Positions 11,724-21,853 of a stretch of DNA of 37,932 nucleotides are shown here, piece by piece. Each line of letters begins with the position of its first letter. The first letter of the stretch is position 1. Origin of the DNA: Parasitella parasitica NRRL 2501 (taxonomy: Eukaryota > Fungi > Mucoromycota). The stretch covers positions 91,653-129,584 of the forward strand of contig MU619328.1 of the NCBI GenBank assembly GCA_025201805.1, written 5' to 3'. Made by a program: the position numbers and the translations under genes. The notes under the pieces were generated by a model that saw only the letters and a list, made by a program, of their open reading frames with translations, had not been told where the DNA came from and made no database searches.

Positions 11724-12257
11724 AATGTAGATGTCGTTTTTTTCTTTCTAGCGAGCTTAAATCTGCATACTTTCAAGCATCAACTTTTCTTTTTCTTTCA
11801 TACCCTTTATATTCAATTAAATATAATATTTATTTTGAAAACACTATTTCTCGAAACACTTGATTGTGAACCAAATGCACCTTTAAAGGCATCAGGCATC
11901 GACAATGAAGCTGTGCACATTTATGAAACAATGGAGTCTCATTCAGGTATCGTTTTCATTTTCATGAGATACATCTCAAGTGCAATTGTTGCGTTGATGT
12001 GTGCAATCCGCCCTGACAGTGGGAAAAACAATACCAATATATGCGATTTTTTATATTCACCGCATACAAGATTATATTAAACTGAAGCAGATAAATGACA
12101 AAAGACCAGTATATTATAGCATTATGAGCAGACGTTGCCATCGTGCCTCCGGTCTCCATCCATCATCAGGTCATGCGAGTAGGCCTATTTACGCTACAGA
12201 TAAAGTAAAAGAATGGTTTTTTTTTTAAAAAAAAAAAAAAAGTTGTACATGAATAGA

Positions 12258-12797
12258 CTACATTCTAAATGGAAGCACAGGCCACAGAGTAACAGGTTCT
12301 TGGCCATTGTTATTTCTGCAACTGTTCAAATAAGCTGAATTCAGCAAATCTTCTTGGATCCTAATTTTTTCATTCCTTGATTTTGGTTGCGTTAGAACTA
12401 GGCTTGTTGTAGGCGCCTCCATCCCACCACTACAAAGTACGGTAGATTCATCGTATAGCCAATCTTGCATGCCCTCTGTATCATTTTTTTCTCGATTGAT
12501 TCGCTCTGCCTCTTTTTCTTTGCGATATGCTTCTGAAAAGTCAAATATCTCTATAGCTTCTTTTGATAGCTGTTCTTTTTCAAAATAATATTCCTCCTCA
12601 TCTTGTTCTTGTTCTTCTTCTTGCTCTTGGCCTTGTAACTCTTGCGTCTCATATTGGTAATATTCATAGAACTCTTGCTGATATTGTGGCTGATATTGTT
12701 GCTGCTGCTGTTCATGTTGAAGTACTGATTGCCAGTACGCTTTTTGCTCAGGTCCAAAATGCTTCGAATGAAAGTCTCCAAAAGCCAGACGATTCAT
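12258..12797 (-). CDS. GEMIN8: Gemin8-like protein (SMN complex), 179 aa, intronless
   Basis: ATG at 12797 preceded by ACAA. Acidic stretch, then LSKEAIEIFDFSEAYRKEK, MEAPT and C-terminal IQEDLLNSAYLNSC...LWPVLPFRM*. This parallels the metazoan Gemin8 terminus (...YFAETERHR...VEAPT...IQAMEAAVQLSFDKHC...YWPVIPLKF*) as I recall it. Confidence 0.7.
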   Translation of the reverse strand: MNRLAFGDFHSKHFGPEQKAYWQSVLQHEQQQQQYQPQYQQEFYEYYQYETQELQGQEQEEEQEQDEEEYYFEKEQLSKEAIEIFDFSEAYRKEKEAERINREKNDTEGMQDWLYDESTVLCSGGMEAPTTSLVLTQPKSRNEKIRIQEDLLNSAYLNSCRNNNGQEPVTLWPVLPFRM

Positions 12798-13151
12798 TTG
12801 TTTGTTGAAAAAACAAAAAAGGGTGTCTACCTTCATTTTTTTAAGGCCCAATGGCCAAGTCTCGGTTTCGGGAATCACCAGAAATTTCAAGACACTGATT
12901 ATCCTAAGCCTGGAAAATCTCAAGGCCATATGATCAGGCGGGTGTTCTCCCAGTAGCTAGCATTTTTCCATCAGCAATCTTGAAAAATAAAAAGTTTACA
13001 TATCCCAAACAGCTGATCGGCATATTCTGTTGGCATCAGTCGTTACAATGGTGGAATCGCAGTTATGCATTTACACCACACTCATACAGTTGCATTTTGT
13101 ATTTAACTCAGTTCTGAGCGAAAAAAATCTTTTCCTCCTCTCTCATCAGCA

Positions 13152-14265
13152 ATGCTGGCATATCCGACTCGTATAGAATCAACATTAAAAGGTCATAAAG
13201 GACCCATCAACGACGTATGCTACAATAAAACAGGGCAATATTGCTTATCTGGGGGAAGGGACCGGTCTATAAGACTGTGGAATCCATCGACAGGCATGCT
13301 ATTACATACATACAATGGACATGGACGCGACATTTTAAGCATATCAGTGTAGGCTCTTACACTTTATAAACAGCACACTATTAATATCTGCAAATGGTAG
13401 GTCCTCTGATAATGGAAAAATTGCAAGCGGTGGAGTCGATAGATCTGTGTTGTTGTGGGATGTGGGTTCGGGTGAAATTATGCGAAGATACACTGCTCAC
13501 TGGGAAGTATGTATGCAATAGTATAGACAACAGACACTTGCTTTTATTGATCTTTTTGTAGAGGGTAAACTCAGTAGCGTTCAATGACGAGTCGACAGTG
13601 TTGATCAGTGGGTCATTTGATGCGACAATTCGACTGTGGGATTTACGTTCGTCAAATTTTCAACCTATTCAAGTCATTGAGGATTGTAAGGATAGTGTCA
13701 TGTCGGTAGATGTTCAAGGAGTTGAAATAATAGCAGGGTAAGGTTGCTCGGGCACCGCTATAGTGTAATCTCAAACTTACTTTTTGAGAATAGCTGTGCT
13801 GATGGCAAATTAAGGACGTACGACTTGAGAATGGGAGATCTAAAAGAAGATTATATTGGGCCTGCTATCACATCAACAAGGCTATCAAAAGACAAGAATT
13901 GCATTCTAGTCAGTTCCCTGGATGATACAATGAGGCTTATGGATAAAAGCACTGGACGATTGCTAAACGAGTAAGACATACACGAATTGGCAATGCACAA
14001 TTACATGAGAATAATAACATCCGATGGTAGATTCAAAGGTCATAAGCATAAGGAATACAAAATCGACTCGATCCTGTCCAATACTGATGCCTTTGCTATT
14101 ACCGGATCAGAAGATGGAAAAATCTACATTTACGACGTTTTAGAAGGGAATATTGCGCATGTCCTTGATGGGCACAAAGGAGTAGCTACTACGTTAGATT
14201 ATCATCCAGAAAATACAAACATGTTATCAGCAGGATCTGATGGATTAATTCATATTTGGGGTTAA
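13152..14265 (+). CDS. WDR83: WD40 protein WDR83/MORG1 (5 exons)
   Basis: Exons 13152-13348, 13401-13506, 13562-13737, 13794-13970, 14031-14265, in frame. Motifs GQYCLSGGRDRSIRLWNP, GHGRDI, IASGGVDRSVLLWDV, RVNSVAFN, SGSFDATIRLWDLRS, PIQVI..CKDSV, DGKLRTYDLRMG, LVSSLDDTMRLMDK, GSEDG. Confidence 0.88.
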
Positions 14266-14458
14266 ATTTGTTGTGCGGTGTCAATGTTGCAAGTATCATA
14301 TCAAACATGTGTAACTTTATGTTTACAACTTTAACGTTTTAAATTTATAAAGATACAATGCTTTTGGGCGTATAAATATTTTTGTTTTTGTTTTTTCCTT
14401 GGTTCGAGTGTTTCCTTCCCTCCTTCCTTCTCTTCAACACATACAATCGCACAAAAAA

Positions 14459-15058
14459 ATGTACTCTGCTCTTCAATACCATCATCCTAATGTTTGGTTG
14501 ATCCAACAGCAGCAATTCTATAATTTCCAGCACTGCAATCATCAGCATCAGCAGCCCTATCCACCTCTAGACAACCTGAATGTGAACCCTAAAGAAGTTA
14601 TATTATATAAAACTGAGTCATGCAGAAACTGGACAGAATTAGGCCATTGCCGGTAAGTGATGGCATTAGATTATAGACATACGACAACAATTTGCTAAAA
14701 AAACTTTAGTTACGGCAAAAAATGTCGCTATGCCCATGGCGATCTAGAGCTACGAACAGTTCCAAGACATACAAGATACAAGACGCAAATCTGCCGTGCC
14801 TATCATATAGATGGCTCATGTCCATATGGCATCCGATGCACGTTTGTTCATGACGCTACAGACAATGATATTGGTAGCATCAGTAGCAACAGCAGCAGTG
14901 GTAGCAGTGCCAATAATGATACGAACCCAATGCTTGACGCTCCTATTTCGCAAAGCTATAATTCACACAAACAGTATTTCATCATGAAACAACAACAACA
15001 ACAACCAAAACAATCTATTGAAACGATGCACTTTAACCATAGAGCCATGTGGATGTGA
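14459..15058 (+). CDS. Tandem CCCH zinc-finger ARE-binding protein (TTP/Tis11/Cth1-2/Zfs1 family), 2 exons
   Basis: Exons 14459-14652 and 14710-15058 give LYKTESC-x8-C-x5-C-x3-H, an 18-aa linker and RYKTQIC-x8-C-x5-C-x3-H, the canonical TZF spacing with YKT lead-ins. Confidence 0.92.
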
Positions 15059-15154
15059 CCAAAATGTTGATTGTCGTTTTTGATTTCTACAAGTCATATA
15101 GTTTGCAATAACCTATATGTTGCTATTATTCTATTGCCACCTCATACACGCTTA

Positions 15155-15163
15155 TTATTTATT
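15155..15163 (+). promoter_or_regulatory. AU-rich element nonamer UUAUUUAUU in the putative 3' UTR of the CCCH gene
   Basis: TTATTTATT begins 97 nt after the stop; this is the optimal TZF-binding nonamer. The background is AT-rich, so chance is possible. Confidence 0.45.
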
Positions 15164-15925
15164 TCCTTTCTGTCAAAGTGCTTTTCTTGTTATTATTATA
15201 ATAAAACTTTTCGTATCTGTTTGTCACACTATCTTTTTTCTTCGAAGTGTCTCATCTGTCATTTATCAAACAAAATGGCGGGGAAATCAAATAGGCTAGA
15301 TCCGGTTTATTTCAAAAGTATAATACACATGAACCCTGAATTCAAATGTATCAGAATCATGCCTTTAGCAGACAGCAGATGTTTCTGGAGTCTTTCTTAG
15401 AATTCAGTAGATGAAATATCAGATTTGATTTTACGAGAAATCACAAAAGTTTGCAATTTGTCCCACATAAATAGTAAAATTTATCATTCACGTTTCACAG
15501 CCAACACCTTAATAAAGTTCGCTTGGTTGGTTGGTTGGGGGGAGGGGGGCTGACGAAGGTGATGTGATATGACCCTTACCAGTACGACTGATTAATTTTG
15601 TCAGTTTAAAAAAAAATGTCGTTGGTAAAAAAATGAATGTCGTTTGGCAAAAAACAAATGTCACTAACCTAAAAAAAAAAACCATCAGCTAGCTCATCAA
15701 GTATTGTCAAAAGTACGTACCTGCATTAAATAACCAGGGCGTTAACCTTGGTGGAAAGTTTCTGTTTTTGTTGTATTGAGAAAATTGTCGGTCGTCTGCC
15801 TGTCTCCCTCAAGGAGATTAAAATCTTTCTAAAGTTTAATACAGCTACAAGCTCTCGATTCCATAGTCAGTTTTGATTGCTTGAACACATACTGCTTCGA
15901 CATCTTGAAAAAGGTTAGTCTTCAA

Positions 15926-16759
15926 ATATCCGACATATACAAACAACTGGAAAAATTACCAAAATCATAAATGGCCTTTTAACGCAAAATCACGAAATCA
16001 TGGAAAATTCGTATCTCTACATCCAAGACGGAAAGTCAATTGCTCATCGATGCAAAAGGAGCAATAGTCCCGCCGGGTTTTATCGATCTTCAAATCAATA
16101 GTGTTTTTGACATTGATTTCTCGATTACGAAGGCATCGAAGAGACAGTGGCCAACGATATTGCGATTGTTGCTAAAGGATTACTGCAAAATGGATGCACC
16201 ATATTCTGCCCTACTGTCGTTACCTCGGCCCCTGAGGTTTATTCAAGGTAAAAAGTAGTACGTATCATAGTTGCTAGATGTTATCCCTCAGTTGACTGAG
16301 CGTAATATCACTGTGTCTATCGGCTATTCCGCTGCCACTTTCATAACCCATTTATTCAATGCTATGCGACCCTTCTGCCAAAGAGACACAGGCATGTAGG
16401 TATCTTGGATGCAAGCGAATTGCCCGAACCCAAGCAACCCGAACGCCATCCTTTACTTTCCTCCACCTCACTCGATGGTAACAAATCAGATCCTCGATTT
16501 GTGATGTCGTCCATAGCCACCCCAATTCTGTGCGTATTGCCTACTACTCTCATCCCAGAGCCTGTGTTTTAGTCACGAACGCTCTGAGTCCTACCAGTTG
16601 GATGGTCGTGATATTAAAGTACATGGTGTCAGAGGAGGCCATGTTAAAGGGACAAACATTTTGGAAGGCAACACAGTTATGAATTGATCATTGCGTACGA
16701 AATTTCAAAAAGTGTTTGTTCGTGGTGAGCAAGTTGAACTAGAAGAAAGAGAAATTTAA
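15926..16759 (+). pseudogene. DAC1: N-acetylglucosamine-6-phosphate deacetylase (DAC1/nagA) pseudogene
   Basis: Collinear fragments in shifting frames: TGKITKIING, IDAKGAIVPPGFIDLQIN..FDIDFS, frameshift near 16122, [92 protein letters not shown]. No ATG, several frameshifts, and I could not find the HLEGP block. Confidence 0.88.
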
Positions 16760-16844
16760 TGGTAATAATAATTATATATTTTATATAAATATGAATGATT
16801 GAAGAATGCAGTTTATAGTAGTGTCTGTGTGCCTGTGTGGTTGA

Positions 16845-17883
16845 TCACATACACTCAGTTTTAGTTAAAGCTAAAAGGCGACGATCCGTATAACCCGACT
16901 ATGTGGATTCCATGTTAGCACTTTAGTGTAATGCTATAATTTAATGTCCTTACACTTAAAAGATCTTGTTCACGAGGCACCCTCATCTGAAGCATCGTAT
17001 TTCCCTTCATACTTTGTTTCAAGATACGTCTTAGTGAATCGTCTCCTAATCCTCTGTTTCAGTAACCTCGCACAACACAATATATGTAACTTACGGTTCA
17101 ATAAGCATTTCCATAGACCATCAAATCCTTTATACTGAAGAACCATACCAGAAATAGCTGCATCTTGGTAAGATAGACGCAACCACGCTATCATAGGCTC
17201 TATAGTAGCATCCTCTATCATGTAAACCTTTGTAAATAACTGATTGCAACCTCAACTGTTGTAGTTGCCACTTACGTGCCAAATGGAAAAACAAAACACG
17301 GTTAAAAGTGAGATGAGTAACTTCAACGATAACACCAGCTTGCGGTATAGGCTCACTGTTCAAAAAATTTAGCAATCAATCGCTAGAAGGATTATCTACG
17401 CTTGATTTACCTGTAAACAGGAACAACAGGAGCAGCCTCAGCTTTTTGCTGCTGCGATGTGGTATTCGTGCTGGCCTTGTTGACCTTATCTGTAGTAGAA
17501 GAGGATACATCTTTTTGTGGCACTGTAACTATAATTGGTTTGGCTGATGCTTCTTGCTGATTATTGATGTCGACATTAGTATTAGATAGATCGGTTGAGG
17601 TGGAAGGAGAGGTAGACGAAGCGCTCAGGTAGTGCTGCTGCTGTTGACTGACAGCAGCCAATGTAGCGGCCATAAGCGCAGCCTCTTGCTGCTGTTGCTG
17701 TTCATTATGAGAAGGGTATTCAGGAAAATGGACCTGCAGCTGATGTTGTTGAGCTTGCTGTTGGGCTTGCTGCTGCTGTATTTGGCTATTTACAAGTGCA
17801 TTCATACCCTCAATAAGCTTCCGAACTTCTGCCAAGTCATTTGCTGCCGCTTCTGACGCTCTGTCCAGCACTAGGTAGTTCAT
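16845..17883 (-). CDS. Uncharacterised 272-aa protein: Q-rich N-terminus plus C-terminal PB1/beta-grasp-like domain (5 exons)
   Basis: Exons 17883-17411, 17355-17276, 17214-17095, 17045-16954, 16898-16845; all introns GT-AG; total 819 nt in frame. C-terminal part VIVEVTH..RVLFFHLAQDATIEPMIAWLRLSY..MVLQYKGFDGLWKCLLNRDDSLRRILK..LQMRV. TATA-like sequence upstream near 17967-17979. Confidence 0.75.
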
Positions 17884-20166
17884 ATCTTTTGGATTGGAAA
17901 TCTGTAAAAACGGCTTGAGAAAGAAAAAGAAAAAAAAAAAGGCTGTAGTGGTTTCCCGCGTCCTCGTTTTATATTTATACAAAAGTTTTGTATTACAAAT
18001 ACCTACTCTTCATTTCAACATGATGGATGTAATGAACATTTATTAGCAAAATTTACCGCTCAATTCCAATGTACTATTTTGTCGAATTAGTGCAATTACT
18101 TCATTTGTTTAAACAGATCAAATGGGTGCTTTTTTGTGTGCGTTGGAGCGACAAATAAGGTTTTCTGGTGGCTGCAGACGCCAATAAGAACGACAATGTT
18201 GTTCGAAAAAGTAGAACCTCGGAAATTGGATAATTGCAGCTTGGTTACGCGTTAACAAGCGAAATGGTGTCTGTCACTTTTTTTAACGCTTAGGCCTCAA
18301 TGCCAATGCCAATAAAAATCATTGCATCTAGACGTTGTTTGCTCTTAACAATAACTGTTTCAATTTTTTACCAACATTTAAAAGGGTGTTACACTTTTCA
18401 TTAAGAAAGCATCCATCAGAGAATTTTCAAACTGTTAGCCTTTTGCGAACAAGCGAGGGAATATGCTGCCTGTCTTCTCTTTCATACGTATAATATTATA
18501 CCAGCAGGCAAATCATATATATATATTTATATATATATCGTTCTGCCTTCAATTTGGAATTGAGCATTGTAAACAGATTTCTAATTGATTTGGCTTATTT
18601 TACTTTTTATTTGTGAATTGCAAGAGATATGAAGTGTCCAGCTAATAATCCTGCTTACGAAATAAAGCTGCATCCAGATTCATGAAGCTTATAAAAAGAT
18701 GCGCTTTTCACAATCGCTCAAATTAGGTGCCTGTAAAATGTTGTTTTTCGAAGTTACCAATAAATTGAGATAGGCTACATAAAAACGCTTGCAATGAAAG
18801 GTGTATAAATTTGATATAAGATCAAATATGCTTTGGGCCTTTTACTTATTAAATATTTATACGGCTTCTCATTTAAATCATAGTTTGTGTCCTCAAAGCA
18901 GCTCATAAAGAGCTTTATGTCATTTTATCAGGGTTATGCTTAGTCAAATAGCATATCAAATATACCGAGCTTGCTTGTATATTTTTTTGCATTTATAATG
19001 ATTCTTGTAATAAATGACCAGCTTCATTAATTAAATTTATGTCACCTGCACTTCTCTGCTGTACTCGCCTATATTACCTCTATTTCTCCATATAATTTCG
19101 TGTACAAGCGATGATATCCTTATCCAGAGTAATCAGCAAGAAGAAATGCCAGTATTTTTTTTAAAAAAATTGTTTAATAAAAGCGTGTTACAGTACTCTT
19201 TGATTGTGGGAGGAAGTATGCTCACCTTCTTCTGGAGACCCTATTGTCTTGTGTTTTTCGAATTCTATCTATTATTATTGGCTTATACATGTTGTTTCTT
19301 GTAAATTAGGCTTTATGCGTTTTCAATGCTTGATATATAATAAACATTCTCAAGCAACACACCGGCTTTCTAGATAAATTTTGATGCAAAACTCAATGGT
19401 TTATACGAGATAAAGCAAAGCTATCCTCCCATGAAGGAGCAAGAGCTGTCGGATACTATAGCTCACTGAATTCATTATGGGTGAGTTACTTTATATAACA
19501 TTAGAATTTTGTCTCACTAATTATTTTGTATATTTACGTAAATATACCTCAGAGTCAATAACTCCTGTGTATAAAGGTCTTGTATAAAACGGAGCGCCCC
19601 GAGGGGTCCCCAAGTCTTTGAGAAGAAGAAGCGACATGTACAGTACTGTATAGGCTCGAGGTTCAAATGGAGTTACAAGTTTGCAGCTCAACTAAGCAAA
19701 TTTATTCATTTTAAGATACTACCCTGAATTCTCACGTTTTAATAAGTTAAAAATACTAGAACCCTGAACAAAACGAAAGCAGGATATATGACATAAGGTT
19801 ACAGGACCCTTTTTTTAAGGGTTCATTTTCTTTGTATTTTTGCAATCTTTGCTCTTCTCTTTTGTTGCTTGATACAAACATATTATACAAATTCTGTATA
19901 CAGTAATCGCTTTCATAATATAAATGCACATATTACTAGTACAGTTACGATTTAAATCTGGGGAAACGATACCCGGTTGGCTATCTGCTCGTTCAAATCA
20001 GAGAGAGGAGATTGCGGGGAAATGATGGATATTTTAGATCCAAATGGAACAGGTTATTCTTTTGACCGCGAACCTAGCTTGCCTCTTCCCTTTTCTACAA
20101 TCATCAAAAGGGCCGAATGAGCTAATAATAATAGACTAGTAGTGTTTTACAAGAAAAAAATTTTTG

Positions 20167-20173
20167 TATAAAA
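20167..20173 (+). promoter_or_regulatory. TATA box of the MFS transporter gene
   Basis: TATAAAA ending 46 nt before the ATG at 20220. Confidence 0.5.
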
Positions 20174-20219
20174 AGAGGGGTCCATTGTTTGATCTATTTC
20201 ATATTTCCAATCAGAGAAG

Positions 20220-21643
20220 ATGACCAAACTAGCATTCCTTCAGAAGTGTAATACGCCATTAATTCAAGTCGTTTTCCTGGGTATCGTTTGCCTATGTTGT
20301 CCTGGTATGTTTAATGCCTTGTCTGGACTTGGCGCAGGTGGTTCAATGAGTTCCAATGTTGGATTGACAGACGCTGCCAATGGTGCACTTTATGGCTGCT
20401 TTGCCATTGTTGGTTTCTTTGCAGGTACATTTACCAACACTATCGGCGTTAAATACACATTGACAGTACGTATATCTCAGAACTTTTGAGACTACATGAG
20501 ATTGGATGATGTTGACGACGGCTTTGTTCGTAGATTGGTTCCATTGGATATGCTCTCTACTCTGCTGCCTTTTGGGTTTATGACAGAAAGCAGGTGTCTG
20601 GTTTTGTCATTGCTGCTGGTGCTATTTTGGGCTGCTGTGCTGGTGTGTTTTGGTCGGCCCAAGGCTCCATTATGATGTCCTACCCAGAGGAGAAAAACAA
20701 GGGCAAGTATGTTGCCATTTTTTGGGCACTATTCAATTTCGGTGGTATCTTGGGATCCATCATTGCACTTGGTCTTAATTTGGAAAATGAAGCTGGCGGT
20801 GTAAGCACTGGTACATACACGGCGTTTGTTGTCGTCATGCTGGTTGGTGTTGTGTTCTCTTTGGTCATTGCTCCACCATCGAAGGTGGTCCGTCCTAATG
20901 GAACTCATGTAGCCGTCGCGAAAGCTTCCCATTGGACTAATGAGCTCAAGGGCGTTTTGTTGGTTTGGAAAGAATGGCGTATGATTTATCTCATCCCTGC
21001 CTTTTTGGCCTCCAATTGGTTCTATTCCTATCAATTCAGAATCAATGCAGTCTACTTTGACGCATCTGCTCGCGCTTTGAATGATACCATGTACTGGGGC
21101 CTGCAAATCCTTGGTTCCTTAATGATTGGAATCCTGTTGGATTACCAAGGCATGACTCGCCGTGGTCGTGGTCTACTTGCCCTAGCCATTTTGTTTGTCA
21201 TTGTTATGGCCGTCTGGGCTGGTGGTTTTGCGTTTCAATTGACTTTTGATAATGATTTCGATGCACCTATTGGATGGAAAACCCCTGGTTTCGGGGGCCC
21301 TTTTGTCTTGTACATGCTGTACGGCTTCACTGATTCCTTGTACCAATCTTACTTATACTGGTTGATGGGGGCAATGTCAAATGACCCATCATTGCTTGCT
21401 CGCTACGCAGGTTTTTACAAAGCGGCACAATCAGCTGGTGCTGCTATCTCCTTTGGTATTGACGCTGTTAATATTCCATTGAGGTGGGAATGCCTTATTT
21501 GCTGGTTGCTGGTGTTCGCATCATTCCCTTTAATTGCCGTAGTTGCTCATAATGTGAGTGAAACTAACGAAAACCCTGCCGATAATCAAACCAATGGTGG
21601 CAGTTCCAACGAGAAGATTCATATTGAGCAAACTCTTCCTTAA
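20220..21643 (+). CDS. UNC-93-like (DUF895) MFS transporter of the Ngt1/NOPE1 type, candidate GlcNAc transporter (2 exons)
   Basis: Exons 20220-20465 and 20534-21643. Family motifs TPLIQV..G.VC.CCPGMFNALSGLGAGG, FWSAQG.IMMSYPEE..KG.Y, FN.GG, ASNWFYSYQF, YWLMGAMSND, ARYAGFYK..QSAGAA; many hydrophobic helices. The substrate is inferred. Confidence 0.9.
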
Positions 21644-21853
21644 TTGTCCATGTATCTACTGGTTACTCACATGGTCATAATTGTATTCTATTTTCTTTTT
21701 CTTTTTTTTGTTTTTGCTATATGTCTATAATAAGCCCTTTTTTTTTCTTCCTATATCTACGTTTAGATAGTTACGAATTTTTATTATACAAGATATTCTT
21801 TATTACACATATAGATACATTATGAACAAATAATTACAACTCTATGGTATAAT

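Noticed and set aside
11835-12228. Short ORFs and a GC-richer patch containing CTGATGA on the minus strand (hammerhead or SECIS candidate)
   Set aside because: No matching GAAA core with the required stems, no in-frame TGA selenoprotein nearby, and no recognisable protein motif.
12217-12241. T10-A15 self-complementary run beside the intronless Gemin8-like gene, as a possible retrocopy poly(A)
   Set aside because: On the gene's strand it reads T15 then A10, there is no target-site duplication, and homopolymer runs are common in this window (for example the A/G run at 9952-9973).
17215-17279. Possible GC-AG intron (TTG|GCACGT) in the PB1-like gene
   Set aside because: A canonical GTAAGT...TAG intron (17275-17215) restores the frame without needing a GC donor.
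19581-19611. GC-rich mini-hairpin CCCC-GA-GGGG in the spacer upstream of the transporter
   Set aside because: Too short, with no other support for an RNA gene or element end.
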